A stretch of 64,000 bases of DNA from Pirellulales bacterium. Its GTDB lineage: Bacteria; Planctomycetota; Planctomycetia; Pirellulales; PALSA-1355. Made by a program: the position numbers and the translations under genes. The stretch is from the NCBI GenBank assembly GCA_963733035.1, contig CAVTBU010000009.1, positions 32,001-96,000 of the forward strand, in the 5' to 3' direction. Below the pieces are notes generated by a model, which ran no database searches, was not told where the DNA came from, and saw nothing but the letters and a program-made list of their open reading frames with translations. This document shows, piece by piece, positions 30,708-41,460 of this stretch; positions within the stretch are counted from its first letter, which is position 1, and each line of letters starts with the position of its first letter.

Positions 30708-32495
30708 TCACTCGGGCAGTCCCAGCGACCGTCGCCCAGCGGCGGTTAGCCGCGCTTCGTTCCAGGGGGGATTCCACGTAAAATCGACGACAACGTCACG
30801 TACGCCCTGTAGTTTCGTGAGTCGTTCTCGGATGCCCGGCTCGATACGTCCACCGCCGGCGGTAACCAAGAAATCGTACACCGGACGTCCCCGGTGCGGC
30901 ATGGTCACAAGAACCGAGACGACGCCATCTCGCTCGCCAACGTCGTACACATATCCCAGGTCCACGATATTCCCATCGATGTTATAGAGCTGTTCGTCGC
31001 GCACTTCGCGCAAGGCTTTCCAGATCTCAGATTTTAATGGAGCGGTCTCGCAGGTCTCACCGTTCCGAGCAAGCCCTCCGGTCGACGCGGCGGCCGGCGA
31101 CTTTGACAACTCAACCGGATGCACTTCGAGCGGGTTGAGCAGTTGATGACGCAGTCGCTCAACATGGCTGATCGACGCATTGCCCTCGAACGGAGAAACG
31201 AGATATGCATTCTTTTGCCGGATGGACGTCCCCGCTTTGAGTGTGGTCGGCTCATCAACTGGGTAGCGGCTCCACAGTTGACCGTGACCATCGTAGTTGA
31301 GAGTTGGTGCGCCGCCGTGCGTTAAACGGTCAAATCCAGTGGCGTCATGTTCGAGCCACAGGGCGACAAAGGCATCGTGACTGTCTCGGTTGTAAAACCC
31401 AACACCCCATAAGTTTCGGGCCATATCGGATGGAACAGTTCCCTCATGTAACTTGCCGCGCTGGTCGATCCACAGCATGTCGGTAAAGGAATACCCAGAG
31501 AAGACCCATTCGTCGTCACGCATAGCCGCCACGGCAACGTCTTTGACCACATCGATGCGGCCTTCTTTATAAAAGTACGGTAGTCCGGCATAGAACACGT
31601 ATGTCTGGTCCATGTGCACACGGCTAGGCGTGAAGACGGGATGCACCGGACTGTGCGGAAAGCCCCAGCGTCGCACGCGCACGCAAAGCGGTCCGCGAAC
31701 GACTTCATAGTTGGGGCACTCGGCCCAATTGCGCATCCGCAACTTTTGAAAATGTTCGGCGTCGACGTAATCGTGTGCCCAGTCGATGCCGGGTGGCTCG
31801 CCGTGCCCCTTACCACCAGCATAAAGTTCGAGCCCATGTTGGCGTTTATACGTGAGCCGTTCCAATTGCGCCATCTGCCGCGATAACCGGGCAAAGAAAT
31901 GACGGTTCTCGATGTCCAGGCCGTAGCCTTCGCCTCCGACGCGCAAGTCCGTTTTGTAGTCGGTTCGCTCGGCCAATGGATTTCCATAGAACAGCAGATA
32001 TGTGGTTTGGCGATGCGCGGCGACGTCGGCCGCAAACACGAGTCGACAGTGCAATTGATTGTCGCGACGGAGTTGGTCGTACACCTGGCAAGGTACTTCG
32101 CGGACGGCTCCGCTTTTATCGTCTAGGTATGCGACCCTGAGCTCCCGACCAACGTCCGTCAATTGGTCTTCTCGAAACGAGACGGCCAAATCGACTGGCT
32201 CGCCCTTTCGCTCGATGCCAATCGTTTCGAATAAGCCAACGAACTTGCAATACTTCCAGCCGCGAGCCCAATCAGCCCAAGGCTTTGGCAACTTGTGGAC
32301 GAGAGTAAACGATTCGGCCGACAGTGCCGGCTCGAGAACTCGGCCCTGAGACTGGCGTTCGAATTGCAGCGTCTCCTTCATCGACTCGGTGAACGACATC
32401 GCCAAGTCAAACTTTCCCGCCGAGTAGGCTGCCTGCAGTAGGCGCACTTTTTCAGTAATGCTGTCTGAGCGGTCGGTGTATGGAACTTTTTTCAT
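30708..32495 (-). CDS. Unknown large N-terminal domain fused to a C-terminal DUF59 (MIP18/SufT-like) domain
   Basis: C-terminus IWKALREVRD..NIVDLGYVYDV..VSVLVTM..GVRDVVVDFTWNPPW..GRRSLG matches the DUF59 pattern. The N-terminal ~480 aa were not recognised. Confidence 0.82.
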   Translation of the reverse strand: MKKVPYTDRSDSITEKVRLLQAAYSAGKFDLAMSFTESMKETLQFERQSQGRVLEPALSAESFTLVHKLPKPWADWARGWKYCKFVGLFETIGIERKGEPVDLAVSFREDQLTDVGRELRVAYLDDKSGAVREVPCQVYDQLRRDNQLHCRLVFAADVAAHRQTTYLLFYGNPLAERTDYKTDLRVGGEGYGLDIENRHFFARLSRQMAQLERLTYKRQHGLELYAGGKGHGEPPGIDWAHDYVDAEHFQKLRMRNWAECPNYEVVRGPLCVRVRRWGFPHSPVHPVFTPSRVHMDQTYVFYAGLPYFYKEGRIDVVKDVAVAAMRDDEWVFSGYSFTDMLWIDQRGKLHEGTVPSDMARNLWGVGFYNRDSHDAFVALWLEHDATGFDRLTHGGAPTLNYDGHGQLWSRYPVDEPTTLKAGTSIRQKNAYLVSPFEGNASISHVERLRHQLLNPLEVHPVELSKSPAAASTGGLARNGETCETAPLKSEIWKALREVRDEQLYNIDGNIVDLGYVYDVGERDGVVSVLVTMPHRGRPVYDFLVTAGGGRIEPGIRERLTKLQGVRDVVVDFTWNPPWNEARLTAAGRRSLGLPE

Positions 32496-32974
32496 GATGC
32501 CGTGTTTCTTCTGCGGATGCTCGATTCACAAACGTTTCGGACCATCAAGGCAGGCCCAACAGCACCGCAAAGACGCTCGGCAGCTGCAATCAGGGCGGTC
32601 ATGATGGCCTCTCTCCTTCATCAGGCGATAGGCACTACGCATCATACTCCAACCTGGTGCGGCAAGCGAAACCCGCTACGCTTGATATGCTGCCCCAATG
32701 TACACCACGATGAATCCAGCAATGGATCGATCGATTCGGCGTACTACCGCCAAGTCCCGAATCCGGAGACAGAGCACGTGGAGTTGGTTGGCATTGGCTG
32801 CGACTTGGTACCTTCGGGCCGGGGACGGTCCTGTTCCGCGAGACGCATGAACGCGACCATTGCCCGACGCCGACCATGGTTGCGAGGTCAAGCAGGCTTA
32901 CCGGGCGGCGCATGCTCAAACGCCTCGAAGGGTTGGAATTGTTTCGCTGATGGAGACTTCGAGTGTAACAACGC

Positions 32975-33125
32975 ACCATTCAGGACTTCAGCAATCGTAA
33001 CTTCGGCAGGGTTGAGGCCCTTGGGCGAAACGGGACGCAGCACAGCCCCGACGGTGTCACTCACATGCATATTTACGCGACGTGGATAGCGGCCGGTCAA
33101 AAGTGCCGCGCGGCTGGGAGTGTGG
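32975..33125 (-). pseudogene. Arylsulfatase gene remnant
   Basis: Reads HTPSRAALLTGRYPRR..VLRPVSPKGLNPAEVTIAEVL, the sulfatase CxPSRxxLLTGR region without its Cys. An in-frame stop lies just upstream and similarity is lost downstream. Confidence 0.75.
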
Positions 33126-33209
33126 AGTAGCTAGGCCTGTCATTCTGCCTCCTCGGCGCCGGAGGCCTGTGACCCCAGGGCTGGCGCGGTGCCACGCCAA
33201 CGCACTGCG

Positions 33210-33677
33210 TTACTTGGTCTTTCGCTGGTAGAGACCAACGAGGTGAACCTGACCGAGAATGTGCCCCTGCATCGCATTTTCGACCGCCTTGCGAGAGGCG
33301 CCAAGGGGAAGGTTTAGCGATGGGACATTGAGAGCGAAAAGCTTGAAAAAATAATGATGTTTGCCACGATTTGGCGGTGGGCATGGGCCTCCATAGTGGT
33401 CGTTCCTGAAATCGTTGCGCCCACCCACGCCGATGTCCCTCACCTTAGCCGGCAAGCCCCTCGCATCAGCCGGAATATCAAACAGCACCCAATGGGTAAA
33501 CGTACCGCGTGGCGCGTCTGGATCATCAAGAATCAAGGCAAAGCTGCGAGTCCCCTCCGGCGGATGGCCCCAATTTAGTGCTGGCGACGTGTTTTCGCCA
33601 TCACAAGTCAATGCCGATGGAATCATTTGATCTGGCCCAAAAGACGGACTGGTCAAAGTGAACCGCTGTTCGCTCAT
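33210..33677 (-). CDS. YbhB/YbcL (PEBP/Raf kinase inhibitor-like) protein
   Basis: TCDGENTSPALNW, ALILDDPDAP, FTHWVLFDIP, YGGPCPP, HHYFFKLFAL. The ORF stays open upstream to 34043. Confidence 0.93.
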   Translation of the reverse strand: MSEQRFTLTSPSFGPDQMIPSALTCDGENTSPALNWGHPPEGTRSFALILDDPDAPRGTFTHWVLFDIPADARGLPAKVRDIGVGGRNDFRNDHYGGPCPPPNRGKHHYFFKLFALNVPSLNLPLGASRKAVENAMQGHILGQVHLVGLYQRKTK

Positions 33678-34411
33678 GAGGCTCACCTGCTTGATTTTGA
33701 TGCGGCGATGCGTGCCAACAGAATTGGTGATAGATGGTAAGCCAGCAGCAACTGGACCTGTCGTTGGCGTTGACAAGCCTGTCCACGGTATCGCGCCAAA
33801 AAGTCGTTCTGTGGAATCTCGATGCGTCATCGGCGCTTGAGTCGAATTCCCAACGCCGGTTGGATCAAAGAGCGCCATAACACCAAAAATTCCAACCGCC
33901 AGGAGGGGACAGCGCGAGCGAAACGCCGTCGCCCGCACAAGGAGCGCCAAAAGTCGAATTGGGGATTTCATGGCATCGGTCTCACTTGGCCCCTGTGGAA
34001 AACGTAAAGGTAGTGCACCACTGCTGGAAATCGTAAAGCACAAAATGCGATTCGCAAGCTATGGCTTGGCCACTGGGTACTTAGCCCACTTGACTGTCAG
34101 GACGCATGGAGGCGTCGGGCATCGAGAAATCCTGACGCCCGATCGCCAAGGACCCCTACAAGCGAATTCGCTCAATGCGTGGACAGGCCGCGATGTACTG
34201 CTCAGCACGATGCGGGCGTTCAGGTCGCTCACCAACACGGCCCAAGCATGCTGGCGGCGACAGCATTGATGGCTGCGGTGTCGCTATTGCCGGACCGGCC
34301 AAGAATAAACCTCGAGCAACTCGTGCCTAGGAACTTCATAGACTGCGGTCGTTGTGACCGAAGAATTAAATAGAGCCCGCCGATCACATCCCCTCTTGGT
34401 CTCCCACCGGT

Positions 34412-36088
34412 ATGAACAAGAACGCTTGCAGGCAATGCGACTCAGAGTCATTCGAGTCGGTTGCGCAGGCATCAACACCTCGCGCGCGGTCGCTGTTGTG
34501 CCTCTTGATAGGCAGCTGTGCCTATTTTGGATTCGCGCATCGGGCTGTCGGTCAGGCGCAGCTTGCTGACGAGATTGTGGTCATTTCCAAGGGCCTTCGA
34601 GCGCAGGAGAGCGCTCGCGACAGTACGCATCTGGGGGAGTCGCCAGGGGCAGGTGGCAATCGGTTGCGCGTCGTTCCTGGTGGCGGAGCGCCACTTTTGG
34701 GCCGGCCGGCCGGTGGAACACCCATTGCCAGACACGATGTGCTATCAGCCGCAGCGGCCCCACCCGGCGGCATTTCGGCGCGTCCCGAGCCGGTGATGGC
34801 GCCGCCAGCGAGCCTGATGCCCGCGCAGTTGCCGCAGTATGGTTTCCTGGAACTTCCCACCGAAGAGGAAGAGGGGCCACCAAATGGGCTAACCCTCGAT
34901 ATGGCAATCGACCGCTTGGTGCGCGCCAATTATGACTTGCGCACGAAGTTTCAGGAAATACCCAAGGCCGATGCCGATATTCTGTCGGCCGGTCTGCGTG
35001 GCAATCCACTCGTGTTCGCAAGCGCCAATGACGTTGCCTACGGCGGATATTCACCGCAACGGCCCGGCGACAACAACTATGGAGTGACCGTCATTCAGCC
35101 GTTTGACGTGAACCGCAAGAGAGATATGCGAGTGGTTGTTGCGCAACGGGCAAAACGCGTACTCGAAGCACAGTACCAGGACGCCGTACGCCTCGAGATC
35201 GACAATCTTTACACGGCTTTCGTGGATGTGCTGGCGGCCCGCGAAGCAGTCCGCTACTTGGAGACGAGCGTGCACGGCTTCGACGAGATCATCGAGGTCA
35301 CTAAACACCAACTTGAGGGCAGGCAAATCCCCGTGATGACGTTGGACCGCCTGGCCGTGCAACGCGAGTCGGTCGCCCTGGCGCTAGACGAAGCGAAAAC
35401 CTCACACTCCAAGGCAGCTCAAGTTCTGGCGATGCTGCTGAGCTTGCCCGTGGCCGACGGCAACCGGTTGGTCGTCCGAGGGAAGCTCCTTATGAGTCAC
35501 CAGGAGTTGCCTCCCCTTGATGATCTGATCGGAATTGCCTGGGCCAACCGCCCGGATCTCATGGCATTTCGTCTTGGCGTGCAGCGGGCAAGGGCGGACG
35601 TCGGGCTCGCCGAGAGAGAGGGATTTCCGGATGTTTTCGTACTGTACACCCCGTGGGGTTTGCGGAACAACGCTCCGACGGGCGGTCAAAACGTCACCTC
35701 ATGGGGCCTAGGAGCGATGGCCAGTGTTCCGCTTTTCAATCGTAATCAGGGGAACGTTCGTCGGGCGCGAATTAATGTAGCTCAAACAAGAACCGAACTT
35801 GGAGGCTTGGAACGGCAAGTCGAAACCGAAGTGCGTACGGCATACCGCGACTACGAAACCACGCGGAGCGTCGCTCAGCGGTTGGAAAACAATGTTTTAC
35901 CACGCGCGAAATCTATCCGAGATCAAACCTTCAAGCTTTTCAAGGTTGGTGAAGTGTCGGCTATTGAGTACTTGAATTCCCAGCGCGAGTACAGCGAGAT
36001 CATACGTCAGTATCGGGATGCCCTAATCAAGCAGCGACGCGCCAGTCTGCACCTCAACACTGCCATTGCACTGCGATTGATCCTGTGA
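34412..36088 (+). CDS. TolC/CzcC-family outer-membrane efflux protein
   Basis: LTLDMAIDRLVRAN, AWANRPDL, VPLFNRNQGN, GEVSAIEYLNSQR. Confidence 0.9.
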   Translation: MNKNACRQCDSESFESVAQASTPRARSLLCLLIGSCAYFGFAHRAVGQAQLADEIVVISKGLRAQESARDSTHLGESPGAGGNRLRVVPGGGAPLLGRPAGGTPIARHDVLSAAAAPPGGISARPEPVMAPPASLMPAQLPQYGFLELPTEEEEGPPNGLTLDMAIDRLVRANYDLRTKFQEIPKADADILSAGLRGNPLVFASANDVAYGGYSPQRPGDNNYGVTVIQPFDVNRKRDMRVVVAQRAKRVLEAQYQDAVRLEIDNLYTAFVDVLAAREAVRYLETSVHGFDEIIEVTKHQLEGRQIPVMTLDRLAVQRESVALALDEAKTSHSKAAQVLAMLLSLPVADGNRLVVRGKLLMSHQELPPLDDLIGIAWANRPDLMAFRLGVQRARADVGLAEREGFPDVFVLYTPWGLRNNAPTGGQNVTSWGLGAMASVPLFNRNQGNVRRARINVAQTRTELGGLERQVETEVRTAYRDYETTRSVAQRLENNVLPRAKSIRDQTFKLFKVGEVSAIEYLNSQREYSEIIRQYRDALIKQRRASLHLNTAIALRLIL

Positions 36089-36185
36089 ATCCACGTCGCA
36101 GCGAAGAGACACCGAGGTGCGGTTTGCCAATATCGACCACGGCAATTCGCAGCTCCATGTCCCAGTGACGACATTCACTGCCAAA

Positions 36186-39185
36186 CTAGTTGTTCCGAGT
36201 GCTTTCAACCTTCGGTTCGCTGGATGACACGGGACCCGCTCCCTGAAGATAGCTGAAGAGGTCGCGTAGTTGGCGTGGCGTTAGCTTTTCGAGCAAGCCT
36301 TCCGGCATCAGTGAGTTAGTCGCCGGCTCGATCACTTCGATATCTTCTCGGCTAACGATCGGACGCTCATTCGTGGCATCAATTAGCGTGAGCGCAGAAC
36401 CCGAGTCGTCGGCGATTAACCCGGTCAACACGCGGCCGTCCCGCATCTGAATCGAATAGTTTAGATACTCCTTCCGAATCTGGGCGTTGGGGTCCACCAA
36501 GCTCACTAGCAGAAACGTGCGATCACCGCGATTTGCAGAGGTCAGGTCGGGGCCAACTTCGTTTCCCTCGCCGAAAAGCTTGTGACATTTGCCACAGTGT
36601 TCGCGAAACAATAGTTGTCCAGCTCGTGGATCTCCCACCGCAGCTCGCAAATCATTGTTCAGCCGCCGTACGACGGCCAGTCGCTCCTCCGGTGTCGCGG
36701 CGCGAACTTTACCCCAAATGTGCGTTAGGGACTCATCAAGCTCGGCGTTCTTGTGCGCGGCGATCTGTCGAATCTGTTCGATTGTGACGTCGCCGGGTGG
36801 AATATCGCCCGCTTCGATTGCATCGAGTAACAGGCGAGCCGTGCTATTTCGAGCGGCAAGGATGTCTAATGTTCGCGGCTTGAGGTTCTTTGGCAGCCCC
36901 GAATACTTCGACAACAACCACGGGCCGATCGCCTGATCGTCGCACTTGGCGAGCGCCATCATCGCAGCGAGGCGGATTGGTTCGACTGCGTCGCGAGTTT
37001 CGACTAAACGCTGCAGCAGGCCTACGGACCCCGCACAGACCGTTTCGCCCACCAGACTAATAGCGGCCAGTCGATCATTATTGGACCGGTCCTTGTCGTC
37101 AGCAATCGATGCGGCCTCGAAACGTGCCTCGGCCATACCCAACCGAAGCCCAAGTTCCAAAACCGCTAACGTGTGCGGGCGTTTGTGCCAAATCTTATTC
37201 AGATTGGAAGCTAGCTCGCTTGGCGGTTCGTCGAAGTGCTGACCGCGCAGTCCTAGGTTCATTCCTTGGACTATTACCTGACGATCGTCGCGCGTCGGGG
37301 CAAGTGCCAGGAGCTCGGAGCAGGCGGCGCGTCCGGCAGGCTGGCCGGTCGTTGCCCACCGCTGTGCAATTCGAGCCGCCAGGTGCTCCCGAAACAGCCG
37401 ACGCTGCCAAACATCTCGATTACCAAGCCACGCGAGGATGGACTCATGGTTGGAAGCCTGACGTTCGAGTGCCCACCAAAGTAACAATGGGATCTGTAAG
37501 TCATCGGCGTCGGTATCATGCATCACCAATCGTTCGATGATTCGCAATGCCTGTTCGCCGGGGAGACGCTGCGCGACACCTGCAAGCTGGCTCCGTACGA
37601 CAACGCTCGAATCGCACGCGGCCAGTTTGAGCGATTTATCGAAAAGCGGGCTCGATAGGTGGTCATGACCCGCAGCAATACGCACTGCCCAGACTCGCAG
37701 ATACTCGTCGGCATCCGACATAAGATCAAGAATCTGCCGTTCATCCAGCGCCGCCAGTCCGTGTAGCGTCCAAAGAAACTCCAGGCGATGTTCACTCGCT
37801 GGATCGGCCAGGCAATTGCGCAACATATTCGAGCGCGGCCGCATCGTCACGCTCGATTAGGAGTCGGCGCGCTGTCGCGCGATGCCAGCCACTGGACGAC
37901 GCAAGCTGGCAGACAAGCTCTTCCGTCGTACGCTCGGCCAGATCGAATAGCGGCAAAGCCTTCGCCCCTTCGGCTTGAATGCGATAGATGCGTCCGTTCG
38001 AACGGTCCCACTGCGCGTCGGGGTCTGGGTGGGCGGTGCGCGCATCGTGCCAATCGGCCACGAAGATCGCACCGTCCGGCGCAAGAGCGATGTCGACCGG
38101 CGCAAACCACGTATCATTCGCTTCGAGCACCTCGCCGCCGTGCGCGCTCGGAATGTTGATCCATGTGGCGAAAGCTGGTGCCAATACACGGCGTGTGAGA
38201 GCAGATTTGCGGCCAGGTACTGATTGCGAAAGCGCGGGGGAAACGAGTCGCCCTGATAGACGATGCCGCCACAGGTAACATGGCCGCCACGAAAATCCGC
38301 GTAGGGAATGTGTTCGAGGTAGCCGAACGCGTAAGGGTTGTGCAATTCGCCATGCTTGCCAAAGCTCTTCCAGTAGTAACCGCCCTGCACCTGGTGCAAC
38401 AGGGCGTATCCACCAACGTTTGTGCCGGCAAACAGGTTACCGTGTTGGTCAAAGTCGAGACCCCACGTATTGCCGCCTCCTTCGGCGAACAGTTCGAAGG
38501 CACCCGTGTGCGGTTGATATCGCCAAATACCTTGTTGAAAGCCTATGCCGCGAATGTTCGCCGTGACGGTACTTCCCTGCGCACCGTAAAGCCAACCATC
38601 GGGACCCCAAGCGAGTGAATTTGCCACCGCGTGGGCGTCTTGCATCCCAAAGCCACTGAGCAATACTTCCGGATCGCTGTCAGGCACGTCGTCGCGATTG
38701 CGATCCGGATAAAATAGCAGGTATGGCGCCTGCAGGACGTACAGCCCGCCATTGCCGTGCAGCATACCGCTTGCCAAATTGAGACCACCCACAAAATCCT
38801 TCGCCCGATCGGCGCGCCCGTCTCCGTTGTCATCTTCGAGAATGGTGATGCGATCCGCGCCGTGCGGCCCGTGCGGCGGAGCCTTGGGGACGCGGTCGTA
38901 CTCGGTCCGCGAATAACGATCAACCGACACTCGCTTGAGCCCTGCTGGATTTGGGTACTGTAGATACTGGATCACCCAGAGGCGTCCTCGTTCGTCGAAC
39001 GTCATCGCAACCGGCTGGCGGACGAGAGGCTCGGCCGCGAAGAGCTGGACTGAGAGACCATCGGCCACCGTCATCTGCGCGGCAGCTTTCGCCGCCGAGT
39101 AGCCTTGGGCGGCAATTTCCCGCGAACAAGTACACAAGAGCAACGCCGACAGGGCGGCGCGGCGGGTACGACAGAGTCCGGTCAT
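36186..39185 (-). CDS. PVC-type heme-binding CxxCH membrane-bound dehydrogenase-domain protein, frameshifts near 38145 and 37825
   Basis: Three ORF pieces: LFAAEPLVRQPVAMTFDERGRLWV and WGPDGWLYG; FAPVDIALAPDGAIFVADW..GRIYRI; HEAT-like region, CGKCH, VGPDL and SLMPEGL. ATGA overlap with the upstream gene. Confidence 0.92.
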
Positions 39186-40219
39186 GCGTCTTTCGAGCGG
39201 GGCATGGTGCATTGTAGGGACTCGGCGATCGACGACAGCGTCACCAGGCGAGCCTGACCGCGTGAGTCGTCGACGAGTCGGCAAATCCGGTCGACGGCTT
39301 GAAAACTGGGATCAGTCACAACGAGACATGAAGGATGTGCCAGAAAGTCATAGACCATGCGATTCTCGATCGCCCATCGAACCGAACATTCGATCGCGGT
39401 CAGAAAGTCGTTCAGCTTCCAACGGGCGGAACGCAAAGCGGTCACGTCACTAATCGGGCTCATGGGAATTTCGACGAGTCCGGAAGGATAGATAGACGGC
39501 TGTGCGGCCGCCTGCGCGGCGACAATCCCGTTCAAGATCGCTTCGTTGACCGTTTCGCCGGGCTTAGTATTCGGATGTGCCGGATACTTGCTGCTGACCC
39601 ATGTATAACCCTGGTCCAGGAGCATTTGCTGAACGTCAGGTCGGTCGGCGAGACCATCCTGAAAGCCGCCTGGCGTGCGAAAGCCTGCTACCTTGATACA
39701 AGCTCGCTCGGACAGAGCGAGTTGCGAAAGACGAATGTTCTCGGCGATAACTTCTGCCGGTTCGCGGTCGCCGACGAGCCATGGGGAGCGCCGAAAGCGG
39801 AACTGGATATCATCCGGCCGCAAAGCCTTTACGTTGACGTGATCGTACGTGTGATTGCCGATCGGGTGGCCCTCGGAAGCGATTTCGCGCAGCCAGTCGA
39901 CATTGGCTTGCTCCATCGTGCGGCCAAGGGCAAAGAAATGAATCCGTCCGCCGTGCCGCTTGACTCGTCGGGCACATTCCACCGCATAGCGCTTGGTTGC
40001 TTCGTCGAGATTCCCTTTTTCGTAGTCCCAATGCATGTCGTCCCATTTGGGATAGTGCCGTGACATTTCCAGGTCGAGCGTGATGGCAATCCGCGCGACC
40101 GCTTTGTCGTTGGCGACGGACCGTCGCGCCTCCGTGGTGGCGGCTGCGATGGCCCCCGCGCCGGCAAGAAATTTGCGTCGCGAAATTCGCCACGGAGATG
40201 AGGAGGGCACGAAGCTCAT
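39182..40219 (-). CDS. Tat-exported polysaccharide deacetylase-family protein
   Basis: SRRKFLAG; ITLDLE; GHPIGNHTYDH; GFRTPGG; FLAHP. The start may be 40243. Confidence 0.88.
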   Translation of the reverse strand: MSFVPSSSPWRISRRKFLAGAGAIAAATTEARRSVANDKAVARIAITLDLEMSRHYPKWDDMHWDYEKGNLDEATKRYAVECARRVKRHGGRIHFFALGRTMEQANVDWLREIASEGHPIGNHTYDHVNVKALRPDDIQFRFRRSPWLVGDREPAEVIAENIRLSQLALSERACIKVAGFRTPGGFQDGLADRPDVQQMLLDQGYTWVSSKYPAHPNTKPGETVNEAILNGIVAAQAAAQPSIYPSGLVEIPMSPISDVTALRSARWKLNDFLTAIECSVRWAIENRMVYDFLAHPSCLVVTDPSFQAVDRICRLVDDSRGQARLVTLSSIAESLQCTMPRSKDA

Positions 40220-40232
40220 GGGTTGCGAAAAT

Positions 40233-41306
40233 CTATCGACCAAGGGGCTGAATCCAGGAACGCTGCGTGATCAGCTGCGTAAGCGCGGCCTTGCACAAGG
40301 CCGTTTGCGTGGCAAAACGTGGCGTATTGCAGGCGGGAAACGTGGCGATTGTTGCGTCGCCGACCAGAAACACGTTGAAATCTTGCGACAGGTTTTCGTA
40401 TCCTGCCGTGGTCGAGCAAACGCACATGTCGGTATTGTACCCGCACAGTAGGACGTGACGGATTTCGTGGTTCGCCAGAAAGTCGCGCAAGAGCGGGTAT
40501 CCTTCAGCGTCGTAGAATACGACGTCGGAGGGAGCGACCTCGAGTGCCGAGGCAACCGGAATGGGGAGTTGCCAAAACCCATCGCCGTTGTATTTGGCGC
40601 TAGAGTCAAGGCCCGGAAACTTGCGCAAATAATCGCGGGCCGGGTGCGCCGCGTCGATGGAAAACGAAGCATCGAGCGGGCTAGCTTGGTATCTAAACGC
40701 TGCCAGCTTTCGTTTGAGTTCTCGCGTCCCCTCGTGGCGTTCGATGTCCGAGGGCATCGAGCGGACGGAGCGATACAATTTTTTGCGAATCGAGTCCTCC
40801 GCGTTTGGCAGACTATATCCAACAATGCCGAGTCTGTTTCGAAGTGTCTGTACGAACGGATTGACGACATTGGCCACATGGCGATTGTAAACCCGATTCT
40901 TCTCGGGTGTGCAGCACAGCGCCACTCCGGCTGGTTCCGGAGACTTCCAGCCGTTGGCATCGTCAATGCCCCACGGATGCACGACGATGATGGCCGTATG
41001 CCTGGCCTGTATGCGGTTCGGCATCTCGACAATGCCGCGGGCGTTGTAGGAGAAACGCCAGGCCCTAACCGCTAAATCGGCATTGGGTTCATCGACGATC
41101 GGCGGCGCTTCAAACCGGTTGGTTTCGCTGAGCGGTTCGACGAACTCCGGCTGATCGGCCAACAGCGGCTGCGGATCGTGTATGGGCGTCAATCGATTGT
41201 GATACTCGACAAGCGATTCTGGCCGCTCGGCACGGCTTTCAGGCGACAAATACCCAAGCGTCGCAGGAACTCCGCACAGCAGGAGGAACAAAAGATGGAT
41301 GCGCAT
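40233..41306 (-). CDS. Exported isochorismatase/cysteine hydrolase-like protein
   Basis: Signal-like MRIHLLFLLLCG; TAIIVVHPW; IRHVLLCGYNTDMCV..VFLVGDAT. Confidence 0.78.
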   Translation of the reverse strand: MRIHLLFLLLCGVPATLGYLSPESRAERPESLVEYHNRLTPIHDPQPLLADQPEFVEPLSETNRFEAPPIVDEPNADLAVRAWRFSYNARGIVEMPNRIQARHTAIIVVHPWGIDDANGWKSPEPAGVALCCTPEKNRVYNRHVANVVNPFVQTLRNRLGIVGYSLPNAEDSIRKKLYRSVRSMPSDIERHEGTRELKRKLAAFRYQASPLDASFSIDAAHPARDYLRKFPGLDSSAKYNGDGFWQLPIPVASALEVAPSDVVFYDAEGYPLLRDFLANHEIRHVLLCGYNTDMCVCSTTAGYENLSQDFNVFLVGDATIATFPACNTPRFATQTALCKAALTQLITQRSWIQPLGR

Positions 41307-41460
41307 CGGCGGCTCCCTCGAGAACTGGAACACGTTGCTCCGCGTCTCCTAGGGTACCGCCGACAGCCACGTAATGCACGTGGTTTCCCAGCCGACGCTG
41401 GCGACCGGCATATGAGCCCCGCGGTCGAACGCAATCCGCCAGCTGCCGATGGCAAACTGA

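Noticed and set aside
33678..34043. 120-aa N-terminal extension of the YbhB-family ORF
   Set aside because: Family similarity starts at MSEQRF (33677), and the extension cannot be supported without homologs.
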